Assembly: GCA_040954595.2 (NCBI GenBank)
Contig: CM082584.2
Coordinates: forward strand, 8,695,146 to 8,759,145
Origin: Balanoglossus misakiensis
Lineage: Eukaryota > Animalia > Hemichordata
Length of the DNA stretch: 64,000 nucleotides
Direction: 5' to 3'
This document shows positions 36,139-51,100 of this stretch, piece after piece (position 1 is the first letter of the stretch; each line of letters opens with the position of its first letter). The position numbers and the translations under genes were made by a program. The notes beneath the pieces were generated by a model. It was not told where the DNA came from and searched no databases. It saw only the letters and a program-made list of their open reading frames with translations.

Positions 36139-39100
36139 TTAATTCGAGTAATGATCGAATGATCCAAGGTATTCCAACGCGGCCCTGTAGTTGAACTGAT
36201 ATTGATCCTGTCAAGAGAAAGAGGAAAGGCATGAGTCAGGAAAGATATCATTTATTTCGGTGACAGAACGAACTTTGTGGTTTGTAAATGGTTCAAAGCA
36301 AGACTGTACACAACCAAACCGGTTTTGGCCAGTATGTTCGTACACGACCAAACCGGTTCTGACCAGCTGGTTCCAGATAGACACAGCCAGGATAAAAAAC
36401 CACCACTGATGGTAAACTCACCTCTGTTTGTACCATAGCTGGCCTCTGGGTCCTCAATGTCTTCACAGTTTGGTACATGTCCACAACACCCTCGTATCTC
36501 ATGCGTTCAAGTACAATGCTGAGTGAGATGAAAACTCCTGTCCTGCCAACACCAGCACTGAAAATCACCAACAAAGAAATATTAGTGATTACTTTCAAGA
36601 TTTGACTTGCCAATTGCCAACATGCTTGAATCAACTCTAACCAGCTAGCATAAACCTCCACCATCAATACTCTTTTGACGAGACATACCTGCAGTGCACT
36701 GAGATAGGGCCGTCTTGACCGAACTGTTCTTTCGTCTTGTGCACCTGTCCAATAAAGTCAATGAAGCCCTCGCCGGATTTCGGTACCCCCTGTTCCGGCC
36801 AATCTGTGAACTGGAACTGGCGTATTGTTCTTGACTGACCATCCTGTAAAATCAAACAAAAACAAACCAGACTGTCAACTACAGAAAACCTTGGAGATGA
36901 AACTAGAAATATAAAATCTGCGATGACAGAAACACTGTCGGTGTATAGTCAATTTATTTTATCTCACCGGGGTTGAAACAAGAACAGCCAAGGAGTATCA
37001 ACACAAGATCTGACCTAAATGATCCAAGAAATTATCAGACCCACCCTTTAGCTATTCACAAGTCCAGTCTTGAACATTCCCAACTATACACACAGAGCGA
37101 TTTCAAAAACATCCTCACGATTACTCAAACTCCACTCACCCTTGCGTCTGTGACTTTGAACTCTCTAAGGATGTACTGGGGCATGTTGTATTCTGACATA
37201 GGATCGACCACAAAATATTGGTATCTGGCCGACCGCTCTGCAGGCCAATACTGGTGGCATTTCTCCTGCAAGAAGAAAATTGCTTTCGTGGTTAGTTCTC
37301 TTTTTCTCTTTCATCGAAAAGAAACAATTTGTAAGTACTGCTGTTATTGGACCTAATGAAGTCCACTAATGAAATTGAAACTCACCCTGCCCATCTCGCG
37401 CAGTTTTGTCAACATAACGATGATGGTCGAATTGTGTTCCCAAAGCATCCTCCAGAAATCTTCTGTGGTTTCTGCGAGTGGGCCCTGTGTAGCAATGTAC
37501 GCATTCCTCTGACGGTAACCCTGGAATTCAAAAAGAAGTCCACGTCAGATAACTTCGAATAAAGAGGCAAAAAACTCAAGAATTAAATATCTCAATGCTG
37601 CATAGACTGACTTTCAGGAGAAGTGTTAAACATGACTTACATCGATAAAGCTGGCGTTGATATAATCGGAGCCATCCACACCTCGGATTGGTTGAAGACA
37701 CACCCTGGTCGACTCGTACGGCATGATGTTCACTAAGCGGTTTTTGAATTTGTTTGCTGGGAGATTTGCGCTCACAAATCTTGAAGGCTGGGCTTTAGTG
37801 TTGGCAAGACGCTGCGGAAAGGGAGTAGAAATACATTACAGTTAGTCACTTCATGATATACATAGGTTTGTTTTTTCTTACAACCTTCCTCATTTTGTCC
37901 CTGTCCATTCTCGTCCATGAATTTCAATGATGGTGACTGAATAACACATTACAACATTTGGTCATTTTGAGGTGGTCTTAACCCTTTCACCCCATTTTCC
38001 TTGTACAGAGGTCCAATGTTGCGATTGGAAACAACAGAGTCATACCAAATTAATAGTTGTGAAAGGGTTAATCTAAACATATCAAAGCGTACATTCAAAT
38101 CCCTCAGCAACTTTGTGGACAATCAAAACTATGAGAGTATGACTCACTTTGAACTCCAGTTCCATTCCGGTGACAGTTTCTCCGGCTTCCGGCTGCGTGA
38201 GTTTCTGTATGTGTGCATAGAGATTGCGGGCCGGCACTTCCGTGTTTCCGCTCTGCACGGCCTCAAGCAGCGCGTCGTGGATGAAGATGTACTGATCTTC
38301 CGTCTGCACCATGTAGTTTCTCTGCGCTCGCAGGCACGTGACGTGGCCGTAGATGTCCACGGTCTTCTCGTGTTTGATGCGTTCCAGCATGGAGTCGATC
38401 ACGATGAATGCGCCTGTGCGCCCAACTCCGGCACTACAGAAAGATAACAAACATTGGAAGGAATGAGTCATTCCGTGTTAACAGTTTTCATTCAGACTGG
38501 TAACCTGGAATTGTTTTTACATAAGTTCCCCTTGATACATGTTCCCGGTTCAGATTTTTAGTACCTTCGCTGGATAGCCTCTGTAAGACGAGACCTTACA
38601 CCTACCTGCAGTGGGTGATGATTGGACCGGCGTCTGGTGGATTGCAAGCTTTGACACGTCTAAGGAAGGCTAGAACAGGGGTGGGGTGTTCAGGTACGCC
38701 GTGGTCTGGCCAAGCAGTGAACTGAAGCTGGCGGATTTCACGTTTCTCACCAGAACGGTTCTGAAATACAACGATTAACTCAGGTCAGACAGAGAGAGAC
38801 AGACAGGCAGAAGCCAAGCAGTAATCAGGCTTCTTCAACAAAAGGAATTTTGCTGCTATATCACACTGCGTAATAATCCCAAATCATGCGCAGAAAATCT
38901 TCAACCATCCTCCGATCAAAACTAGACATACCTGCCAAGTATGATGTAGTTAAATTTCACATACTCATTGGCATGATCATAGGTTCTTACCCTAAGGTTC
39001 GCAATGACAAAGGTTCTGACTGTGTACGTGGCCAGTTCGGTCGTATCCAGCAAAGTGACCTGGACGTATCCGTAGGTCTCCATTCCGCGCGAGGGCCAAT

Positions 39101-42100
39101 ACTGGTCGCACTTCACGCGGTTCCTCTCCTCCAGTTTGGTCATCATCACAATGGTGGCCGTGCGCTGCTCCCACACCATGCGCCAGAAGTCGGCGATGGT
39201 CTCCGGCAGGGGTCCCTGCGTGGCGATGTAGGCGTTCTGCTTGCGGTAGCCGTCGCAGTAGTTGGCGTTGAGGTAATCGCTGCCCGTGTGTCCGTCCACG
39301 GGGGTCATCACCACCCGGGAGTGGTCGTAGGCGATCACGTTGGCGTAGCGGTTCTTGGGTTTGTTGTAGTCCAGGTTGGAGTGATCCCAAGTGAACTGCT
39401 GGCCAGGTTCGATTGACTTTTGTAAGGAAGAAGAACATACAATGAAATGAGTTCACAAACTTTGACCTGTATGCAATCAATCTAAGTGGCTGGTTGCTAT
39501 CTTTTTTTAAGCTTAGACTAATGACTGACCAATTGAAACCTCTCTCTTAGCTGAAGTGAATAATTAGTATAACAATCTACTGTATTGTAAAACATTGGCT
39601 GGTGGCCTTCCTTTGAAGAACTGGGGCTATGAATTGGCATTGCAACCATGGGTACTTACTTCGTATTCCTGAGAAAACTTGAGATTGTCGTTAGCTTTCA
39701 GTCTCTCAATGTGTTCAGACAGTTCACTTACAGGGATTGGTGGGTGAGACATCATTGCTGAAAATGGGAAAAGAGGAATGTTATTTTTGAGTATTTCACC
39801 CCTTTACCTCAGAGCATGGTTCGACCAATACAATTCAATGCAGCAGGGTCATACCAAGTGTGGTGTTAAGATTTTGCTGCATATCTTTATTTTTTGCCGA
39901 GATGAGGGGTGATTGAGGGTAGAGGTGTTTGCACCACTCACCTGCAGTCTGGAAGTTGATTCTCCTCATTTCCACCGGATCAGATGGATGAGGTTGTGCA
40001 TCTTCCTTGGATTTGGGTGTCGGAGTGCGACGCCTCCTGAAATGCAAATAGACGGGAAAATTATGTACTTGTGAATGCCTCACATCGGATGTGATCAAAA
40101 GTACCCAAACAGGAGCATGATGTCACAGAATTAAAATTATAATATCTTGGTCGGAATAGTAATAATGATCTGTTACAAAAACAGGGTACAAAAATATACA
40201 ATTTCAATGTAGGCTAAAAAAATAGGACATTTCAGGTATTCACTGCAAATAGCTTGACCGGGTTCTCCAAGGTATTGCCATGCTGAAGTGAAGCCATCTG
40301 CATTAAAGGAGTTCAGTCACTAAACCAAATACAAAACCAGGTACTAGGTACAGTAATATGTATGGATAAAAAAAATCCCCCTCTAGTACTGCATGGGGCA
40401 CACTGTATATTCTCTTGCCAGCTACACTTTGCACTAACACTGAATTTTATTTTCCATTTGGAATTTACATCTGCTACATTCATGAACTTGTTTTTTTTTT
40501 TACCAATACAGCAAAATCCCAACATGCTTCCATAGGTGTTTTATACCAAAGGTAACATAGACATAATACATTGCTTTCTAGCTCTGAAACACTTTTGCTC
40601 ACAGCAGAGGTAAACTCCAATGAAAGTTCAGGCAATTCTGAGATACCTTGGTGGCCCTGGTGGGTCTCTATGTCTGTACACTGCAGGAGGAGGAGAACTG
40701 GGGCCATCAATGATTTGTCGGTGACTGCTACATTTTTAATAGCAGTATTAAGGAAGAGATTTTCATATTTTAAGTTAATACTGATTCAATATTTGCCAAT
40801 GAAAAATGCCTACACACTTCACAGGGGACTTTCTATGGTGTTTGGTGGGTAAATTGGTCAAAGACGAATTCCTATGGGTTTGGCTAGGTCAAAGGGTATT
40901 TTCTACGATTTGATTGGGTTAATGGACACATTCAATGGACTTCACAAGGTGGAAGGGTACTTGTACTTGGGGTGTGCTAGGTCATTGGGGACTTTCTAAG
41001 AGTTTTGCTAGTTCAAACGGATGGGACAGTCCATGGACTTCAAACAAACATTTAAGGAATTCCATAGGCTTTACAAATCTCTAATCCGGTGGGTGGCAAT
41101 TCCGTGGTTTTTTACTATAGGGAATGGGAATTCAGGGAATATTAGCTTTCTATTGCATGACAAACAGGCAGGGCAGAAGTGGTAAACCTGTAGTAATCAC
41201 GCATAAACACTAACAGAGGTTTCATTTTCATCATCTATCTTTGGGTACATGTGGCTAGACAACATTTGAGTGACATAACACAAACGCGAAGGCCACAACT
41301 TATTTGTCCATTTGCATTTCACATGCACCTCCTATCCAAGACCTGCTCTGTGCGTTTAAATCTTACCTTCTCATGACGACTATAATAATGATGACCACTG
41401 TGATGACCCCAACAACTACGCCAAAAACGAGCGCGATGATCAACTCTATGCCCACGTCGTTCGGTGCCGCACTGGCTGATATGACGTTCGACATTTGGGG
41501 CTTGAAAGGGTCTGAATATTCTGTAGTTGAGAATTTTTCCTGCAAAGTATGGAAATGCAGTTTATTAGGACAAGAGCGCAAAACACAACATCAGGTACAT
41601 GTATACACATTTTATTTTCACATGAACTGTTTGTTGTTCGGAGGATAAAATCATCTCATACACAAGCACATATGTAGACACACAGGCAATCCCATACACA
41701 CATACATACAGACAAACTTAAAATCCTTCTCACCTCTCCATTATCAACCACACAAGCCGCGATAAACATCACATATTGATCCTTCTCGTCCAGCGGTTTA
41801 TTATGGTACCCGTTGACCGTTCGGCCATCACCGATCGTTAACAAATTCTCGAGATCGTTCTCCAACTCATCGGCCATAATCTTCATCGCGATGTACGCAG
41901 AGGAAGTACTCGATTCTACATCACGGCTCTTTCGCAGCATGCCCACGACGACGTTGCGCTTGCGACGCTCAACAGCGTTGATGTACAGCTCTTCCAGGTA
42001 TTGCATAGGTTCCTTGGGCAGATTCAGCTGACCATCATCATCCACAGGACATGCCAAACCGCACGGTATGACGATAATCAAGTAGAAACTACAATGATAA

Positions 42101-45100
42101 GCGCAATTATATTAAATTAGAATTTTTTTTTAAATTGTAAAAATGAAGGTCATAGACATTGCGCCTTTTAACAAACATAATTTTTAAAATTTGTGGTTTT
42201 CTATAAAACCTTTGCATGTAGTGTGGATAATTTTCTTGAGTCACCAGTGAGTTTGTTGAGTCATATGGGATTAGAAGGCACACTGGTCATAGATAACTCA
42301 CGTAAAACATCTGCATATAAGTTTTGAAAAATTCCTCTCTTTCTCCCAAAGCTGTTTCCCCTCTTCCCTTCCAAATACCCTCCCCATTAATCGCCATTCA
42401 GTATAACTACCCTCCTTTCCTCCAAAACAAAACAACATGAAAATCAAAACTTACTCAATCGCCCCATTGGCATCAGAGCCTGGCTCAATATCCACTGTTA
42501 CGGTATTTTCACCACTCTGCTCTCTAGGCACTACTGGTTTAGCCATTTTAGGTGGTGCTACAAGACACAATCATAATAAGCTTATCATCAGTTATGTGAA
42601 GAAAAAAAGGCCAAGCTGTAAACTCCCAGTTCCCTCTATAGATGTCCAATCTTACCATGGAAAACAATGGGTTTGGACTGAACCATGGTGGTGAAATCAC
42701 TTACCAGATACCCTGGTGCTCTTCTTGATTTTGGCCGGGCCGCTCTTTTTCTCCTCTCCGTTGATGGAGAAGACTGCAACCACATTGAAGGTGTACACAA
42801 AATTGGGCCGTAGTCCGGTGATGATGATGTTGGGTTGTGAGGTCGTGTAAACACGTCCGCCTCCTTCGAATGAAACCTGCAAAGACAGACGAAAACAACC
42901 GGATTAATACAGAGAAATACTACCATGGGCCCATGAATTTTGCATTCTTTTGTACATGCTCTACAACTGCACACAAGTTTGTAATCAACCGTTATCACAT
43001 GACTGCAGAGAAATGCATGTGATGAGGCCATGATGATCATGTGATCACCATGTGTGATAAAGCAACCATTGGTGTGACTATCATGTGACAACCAAGCCAA
43101 TGCACCTGGCAATAGCAAACATATCAGAATTACATTTTGCCCAAAGACATGCAACTGCATGTCGGAAAAAAGAGTTCACGACACAAAATCATACCTCATA
43201 TTCATTGATCACAACATTGTCTTGAGTAAGTGGCTCATCCCATCTCAGATGCACACTGTTTTCCGAGGTGGTTACTGCTTCAAGGTTTCTCGGCATTCCA
43301 ACTGTTAAAAAATCAGCAAAAAAGAGCAAGTGAATATTAAGCAAATGGCTGCCTACAATTTTGCACTCTTAAACGTTCCCGAGTGTTACTTATATCTGAT
43401 TTGGCAGAATAAAACTATTGAATGATGTCATAGGTCGCGAGAGGGTCGTAAGAATACGGAGAGCTTTTCCATGCACGTACGTTTTTCTTCCGTAGTTTTG
43501 ACAACTATCTCCTGAGAGCGTGGCGATTCATCACCGCCGGAGTGTGCCGTGATTTCAAAGACGTATGTGGTGCTCGGCTCGAGACCTGTGATGGAGGTCT
43601 CTAGTTGTGGCCCTGTCTGGGTCGTCTCCCACGACGACCGATCTGTGCTGTAGTAGATGGTGTACCCGGTGACGTGACCCAGTCTCTCTGTAGGGGCATT
43701 CCACGCCAAATCGACAGTATTCGGTCCCAAGGCGGCTCCACTGGTGAACACTGGTGCATCGGCTGGAGCTGAGAAGATAAAATATGCACGGTCAAACTTC
43801 AGACGACAAAAAACATACTCTTGTTACAGTAAAACCTGTCTATAACCGAACCATGTTTAATCTCGAAACGTGTCTATACCTAACGCATTTTTCAGTTTCT
43901 TTTTTATGCATTGTTTGATATGTCAATCAAAAGCAACGTAAGACAACATATGATTACACATAACCATATGCATCAAACTCCTACATGCTTTAAGTCATTC
44001 AAATGCTGTTTCAACACATATTTCCTTGACCTAAAAGGAGAGATATGCACAAAGAAAATCTGCTGGACTGAGAGAGACAAATTCTTCCACTTACGAGCAC
44101 CTAGCGTTCTCTCTTCAACCTCTCTACTGAAATCGCCGCTTCCCACACTGGTGTACGCTTGAACCTGGAAGATGTACTCTGTGTTGGGCTCCAGCTGCGT
44201 CACTGTCATCTCGGTTCTCGTCGTGTCGTTGACTTTCTTACCGCGTACGGTCTGCGTCGACTTCTCGTAGTAACGCACAGTATACTTGGTGATGGTCCCG
44301 CCACGATTTTCAAATATTGGCGGGTCCCACGTCAGTTTGATGGCTGTACCGCTGACTGCTTCTGCTGTAATGTTTTCTGGGGGGCCAGTCGGTGCTGTAA
44401 GCCACATAGTAAAAAAAATTAACCTTTCCAGTCACACAGTGTTAAGAACCCCATGCTTATTATTTATCCTGAACTCACATTGCAGTAAGATTAAAATCAC
44501 TTGTGGTCAATTTCAAACAAAAAGACAAATATACCAACCTGTTTCCGGTGTGCTTATTTCTGCAGTCGCTTCTTCCCCATAACCAACACCGTTGCTTGCC
44601 GAGACTTTGAAAAGGTAGTTGACTCCGTTAGCTGCAATGTACCAAGTCACAACAGACAGAACGGTTAGTCTAAGATTCCAGTCAGTAGCTCTTTGCATTT
44701 CACATTGGCCCAAACATTATCGATCAGACTGATAGGATATTTTATCACTGGCATTTTTGTATGCATGCATTTGAAGATCTCTAGCAGAACGGGCACAAAA
44801 ACCAGAAGTTATGCCCCACTTACCTAACATAGTGAACTGGAAATCCATCTCTGTAGCTTGGGTATTGGACATTTTCATTGGAGCGCTCTTGTCTTCAGGT
44901 CCCCACATAACTCTGTAGCCCCGGAGTTGGCCGTGTGTTTGCACTGGCCTCTGCCAGGTTGCATAGTACTGGCCATCGTCTTCTCGCACAGTGAACTGCA
45001 ATGGTTTGCTTGGCACTAAACAAAGCATTCACACAAACATATTATTAAAATACACAAAACACTCAACAGTTTCTTTCTGTTGTTATTCTCTTAGAGGCAA

Positions 45101-48100
45101 TGGTCCCGTACTCAAACCCTGATACAAAAACCTGCAAAAGTGCTCAAGCAGTGATAAATGGTCCATCTGATCTCAGGTAACTCAGGGAATGAAGATAAGT
45201 CACCATGAGGAGTGGGTGGTGAGCTACACGTATCTCTTCGGTTTACAGTAAACAGTGAAAAAGGGAGTCAATTCTGTACAGTTAATGAAGGGGACGGGGT
45301 AAATGAGGGGGGAGGGAAGACTCACCTGCACCAAGTGTTTGTACTTGTTTAGGTCTGCTCCTCTCGCCATCCCCCTTTCTGGTGTAAGCGCTGATTTCAA
45401 GTTGGTAGGCAGTGTCCGGCTTCAAACCACCAATAACCCATTCCTAGACGAGACACAAAACATAGACAAACCACAATCAGTATCATCACACACGCACGGC
45501 AGACAGAAAAGTTGACTTCTGCAATGTCTTTCCAAAGCACCCCATGCTCTCTCACTTGACACAGCAATGACTGTTTTAATAACACATCTCGACCGGTTCA
45601 TGCTTTGTTCTGTTATTGTCCCGTGGCATTGTTATCTACTTTACCAGCTAACCACAGGAAAAATAGAGTTTATCCTAAAAAATACAGGGTAGCTGGATTG
45701 AAAAAAAAAGGGTTTGTCTTGCTAGTTAGTGTTTTAGACATTAATTTCAGACGTTTACCTTTAGGGGAGTAAAGTGTTAGGGTCATCTATATTGTTATCA
45801 GAGCCAATCACCCTCCACCTATCAGAATACACTTTTAGGCTCGTCCGAAACTCGATTCAAGATTTTATAAATCAGTAAGAATCGTCACTTTCCATGATGT
45901 CAATCATGAAAAGGATGAAAAAAGATTTCCTCTGTAGTCACGATTTTCAACTCGTCAAAGAAAGCACACTTTTCAGGTATGCTGTTTGAAATATCTGTAA
46001 TTTTCAGGTGGGGGCTTTATCCTTTGTGGTTTTCAGCATGGAGTGCTTTAAAGACATGTACTTCTCAACAACGACTCGTATGTACACTGACACCAACACA
46101 ATATACTACCTGTACTTTCCCCAGTGGCATGCTTGTGGTTTGTGACGTTGGTTCAATCACCCCCACATGTATGCGAGACACACCAACACTCCGTAGAGTA
46201 ACAGCTGGAAGCAGACACGACCGCCACCCACCCCGACAACATACCTGTACATGACTTTGTATGTACCCATGTGCGCTCCCCTCTACACCAACATACATGT
46301 ACCATCATGCTGTCTGACAACCATACATGATACATCACATAATGTATAGGTGATGTGAATGCACTAAAAGTATATGTGTGAGTGAGTGTGTGTATGTACA
46401 TTTGTTTGTATGTATGTATGTATGTATGTATGTATGTATGTATGTATGTATGTATGTATATGTCTATACACTGTGCATGAGTGTATACATGCAGTATCTC
46501 CCCACCTAACAGACATACTCTACATGGAGTTTCTAACACCATGGCACGTGTGATAAACACTGATGCACGGACTCGGACGAAACCTGTGTATAAACTGTGA
46601 GCTTTTGTACGTGTAACCCTCTTAACCCTGAATACCTGTGAGATGGAATGAACTGACTGAACAGAACAACAGACCATTCCAAAGCACAGGGGTGGACGGG
46701 GTGAGAATGAGGAGTCACTATCTCAAACTACACCTATACCATCCATGCTGCTGTATATTCCTTGGAAAAACATGCTTTAATTGCCACATGCATTATACTC
46801 CTGGAAAAAGGTAGTAGATAGAAAGGGAGAGGGGAAAGAGATGTTCTACCTTATGGAGAGAGAATGATTATATAAAAAAATAAGATAAAATCAGATGGAG
46901 GAAAGAGAAAGAGAAGGGTACCTGACGGGCAGTGTAGTCAATCTTCTTTGTATGGGTAACGAGAGAGACACAAAACATGGGTAAGAACGAGTATCCATTG
47001 GAATCAAATACAAAATACCAAAATAATTTGTGACAGAGAAAAAACACACAAGAAGGTATAGAATAGGTAGTTTTGTCATTTAAAAAGTCGGGTGTTGAAT
47101 AAAAGTTCTGTTATAAAAAAAAAAGTTCGCTTTACAGCAGGGCTTGAAATATTCACCAACATAAGGGACCCATACATGTATGAAAAGTTTGTTCAGGTGA
47201 CACACTATTGACCAATGATTTTTTTGCTGGTCACTAGTAGACCCTTTAACTTCATTTAAATTTTCTTGAGGTGAATTATTCGAGCCTTGCAGACTCTGCG
47301 TGTAAATTAAATTAAATTGTTAGATTTAATTCCCATATTAAATTATAAAACACAATTCTCAAACAAACTGCCAATACAGGCCTTCTCTTTTGGACAAATC
47401 CACTCATGGCTTTCGGACACTGGCATATTATCCAATTACATCCTAGCAGATCAGTGATAATCTCGTATGTTTATTTCAGCACATGGATTACTAGATGGGA
47501 CAGCAGTGATGTTATCTATATCAGTTTTTATGTATCCAGATATTTTATCATATTAGTTATTTCAAGGTTTTCACCTTATTTCCTGGAAAATGGCAAGACC
47601 CAGCAGCACACTGCAAGTCGCTAATATCTCAACCATTAGGGGAAAAAATAGATGATGTAGACCGAAGAGACACATCTTCTAAGCATTGGTTTACTATATG
47701 AATATTGCCTGCAATGTTACGTGTTAAAGAAATGGATCATTTGGCCGTCACAGAAGATAATACCTACCTCACTATCGCCGTACATGACATCAACCATCGA
47801 CGGCTGCCCTCGCGGATCGCCGTTGTCCGTCAGCTCTTGGCAGAAGAGCTGGTATCCTCTGATCTGTCCGTTGCGTCGGCTGGTAGAGGGCGCTTTCCAC
47901 TCGACGCGGATGGCAGTGGAGTTGATGGCCTCGACTTTTATCTTCTTCGGTGCGCCGTCTGGAACTGTTGGGAGAGATAGAGATACAGTTGTAGACAAGG
48001 AACTCGTGATGTAGATTGCAGCATCAACAGTTTAATAGTCCCACTGATGAGACTCTCAAAGTAGAAAGTTGAAAGTATGAATGAAAATTAAAGATGAATG

Positions 48101-51100
48101 TCCGTACAATGAAATGTAGTCGTGTGAAATCAAACCGTTGGTGAATACATCTTCTTTTACATCTGCTGTTGAATGTGCGGCCACACATTTTAGTGGGAGT
48201 GAACAACCAAGTCTTGTAAAGTGTGTGTGTGTGTGTCTCACAAGCTGTCTCATGTTGGAAGGTATGTAGTGTTGATCTGTCATCACTACCCATGGCATGG
48301 TGTTGTCACATTCAGTGATATCTGTTGGTGTCTTGGACTTTGTGTGTGTGTGTGGCAAACTGGCAGATTTAGTATCAAGGCACGATGGTTCTAGTTCTAC
48401 TAGTACTACACGATACCACTACATTTTCTGAGATTAGTAGCAATACAGTTCTACTCAGTTACATTTCTCCTAGCCCTATGCACATGGTTCGTGTTAGATG
48501 GTCAATGACATGGTGGGTCGAACAAACACACACACAAAAAAAAAAAATGGCAATGTTTCTTGAACAAGCCAGCAAGGCAACAACATATCCGGGGTGCAGC
48601 AAGCAAGCTGTTACAAGTAATGCATAGCTTGGTACGATCCCTACATACACACACCTACTAACCTGTACCTACAGAAATCTATGATGCGTGCAGCATTTCC
48701 GTACAACCGTTCAACCAAACCCCCCCGACACCCTCCCCTCCCCCTTCCATTTTGTATTCTACATACCATCTTCATCGGTGCGCACAATTATGGGATCGGA
48801 GGCGGGGCCGTCGCCAACGATCGTGCTGGCAACCATCCAGATCCTGTACTGCGTCCACTTCTCGAGATCTTCCAAGCGGTAGGAGCGATCGCTGGAGCTC
48901 ACTTCGATCGTGTGCACCCGGTCTATGGTCTCGCGAGAGAGCGCATCGCTGGCGTCGCTGCCCTCGTCGTAGTCCTCGTCGAGGATCATGTTGTAGTAGA
49001 CCGTGTAGCCGGTTATGACTCCGTTTTGTTGGGAGACTGGCGGGGGTGCCCACTGGAGCTGAATACTGGTTGAGTCCAGGAATTCCCCGCGGACGTCCCG
49101 AGGGGGAGCACCAGGGACTGAGGGGGCACAACAAAAAGAACACACACAAATTCAAAATCAAAATTGCAACAAAAAAAAGCAAGTATGCCAAAATGGTGAA
49201 GCAAGGGCACAATACAATACGAAGGAGTTTATTCAAAAGTTTCAATTACGACATGCTATATAGGTCAGCTGTGAATGCAACAATTTGAAAAAAAATAATA
49301 ATAAAAAATTTGACGTATTACGCTACATCACGATGGAATATTGCCTAGTGGTGTGGAAGCTTATACAGCTAACCAGACTGGGCTCTATAAAGGGTACATA
49401 GCAACTGCCATTCCTTGCATAGGTGTGCCATGTTACCAGGCAAAGTGCCTCCTATTCCGGGAAAAAACTACACTACACCATGCAATGTCGAGAAGCCCGG
49501 TTTACATTCTCTGAGTACTAGTGATCTACAGTGGGGCAAACTGGGTAAAGTGTAGACGACAGAATGTGGTGATCGTGGGGGTGGTACTTCTAAGTTCATG
49601 CAACATATGAAAGACATTATTAGGTAATGGTGTCGATTTCTGGGGTGCCCGGTGTGAACCAAACATTGATTTGGTGCATGGAGTTTAAAAGGCTTGCACG
49701 GGTCATATAATAACCGAAATAAAAACTGCTTAAAAACCAATAAAAAAAAAGATGAAAAATTATGTATATTATCATATAATAGAAATAAATAAAATACATA
49801 AATAACACAAAAGCTTTACAAACAGAAACTGAACACAAAGGGTAAAAAAATGGGAAACCCCCTCTCCAGTAGGAACCAAGACGGAAGACTTGTGATACAC
49901 GACTTCTTGCCGTTGAAGATGATTGCTTTGGTGTGTGATTTTTTTTGTCCACCATCGAAAAATCCCGGACGGCACGGTCAATGAGCAGAGCTGTAAAACC
50001 CCAGGACTTGCCTTTGCAAAGCACCTTGTATCAAATGATGATTTAACTATTCCTAATGACTATACAACTGTGCACAGAGCAACCAAATCACGACGCCACT
50101 TTTTCTTCCCAATGTACTTACTTACCTGTCAAGTTTACATAATTCAATCACACGACTATTTATAATCAGAACCAGTTTGCCCCACAACGAAAAATTTTAC
50201 TCACATCCATCATGCATTACACAGGCTTTTCATATTTCTCTAAGTTCTGATGATATATATGCAGCATAAGCATATAATAAAATGACGGGGGAACTGTGCA
50301 TGCATGAATATGTAGAAATTGAAAGGAAAAATAACGTCTGAAATCAAAGTTGCTGACTTGGGATGTAGAGCCATGCATGGTCACTTGAATATACACATGT
50401 AGCATCTACAGACTTGTTTTATCCACTGACAAGAATGTAAGACACTTTAGTTGACCTACTCTTCTGATCGTCAGCAAACATACTCTTGAAGTGAAGCCAT
50501 AGGCTTCCCAGACTCAAGAAATTGTCATCGACTCAACAAATACTTATCAATAAAGCCACATTTAGATCTATACATTTTTGAACAGGAGTATTCATAAGCC
50601 TTAGAAAAGTATCAACCTGTTGTGTTGTTGCTGCTATTTTGCAGTCTGCCTGAATTTGTTCCTAATATGTACCGCCATGAACACACAACCAGTTCTGATA
50701 CAGATTTGTGAAGTTGGTGACAGGACATGGTTTGGGGCAAGTGACATCTGCCATTTTGGTGTTCTGCAGTATAACTTATTTTCCTTTATACATGGAATAT
50801 CTTTGTAATGCTGGAAGCTGGATAACATATCTTGGGCTAAACACACGTTTGCAATGAACCTCAAATCCACATACCTGACTGCAGAGTCCTGATAGATATG
50901 GCCGGCGTGCTGACTCCAAGTCCACGCTCAGTACGAGCGGCCAGCCGGATGAAGTACTCTTTGTTCGCTCGGAGGTTGCGCAGCACGTGGCTTTGGACCG
51001 CCAGTAGCGTGTCGTGGTTATTTTCGCCGTCCGAGTTGTTGTAGTAGAGCTCGTACGCCGTGATGCTGTCTTCAGCGTGGCTGGGAGCTGCCCAGTTCAG

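Noticed and set aside
40668-40680. Alternative terminal exon after the LAR TM exon (would give ...MRSVQT*, a phosphatase-less isoform)
   Set aside because: Only an acceptor-like sequence supports it; there is no independent evidence.
40820-41140. Degenerate ~30-bp tandem repeats in a LAR intron
   Set aside because: Too decayed to define a unit reliably by eye.
49620-49990. In-phase ORF after FN3 with a hydrophobic tail (alternative anchored LAR isoform)
   Set aside because: The hydrophobicity comes from low-complexity T-rich intron sequence, with no domain similarity.
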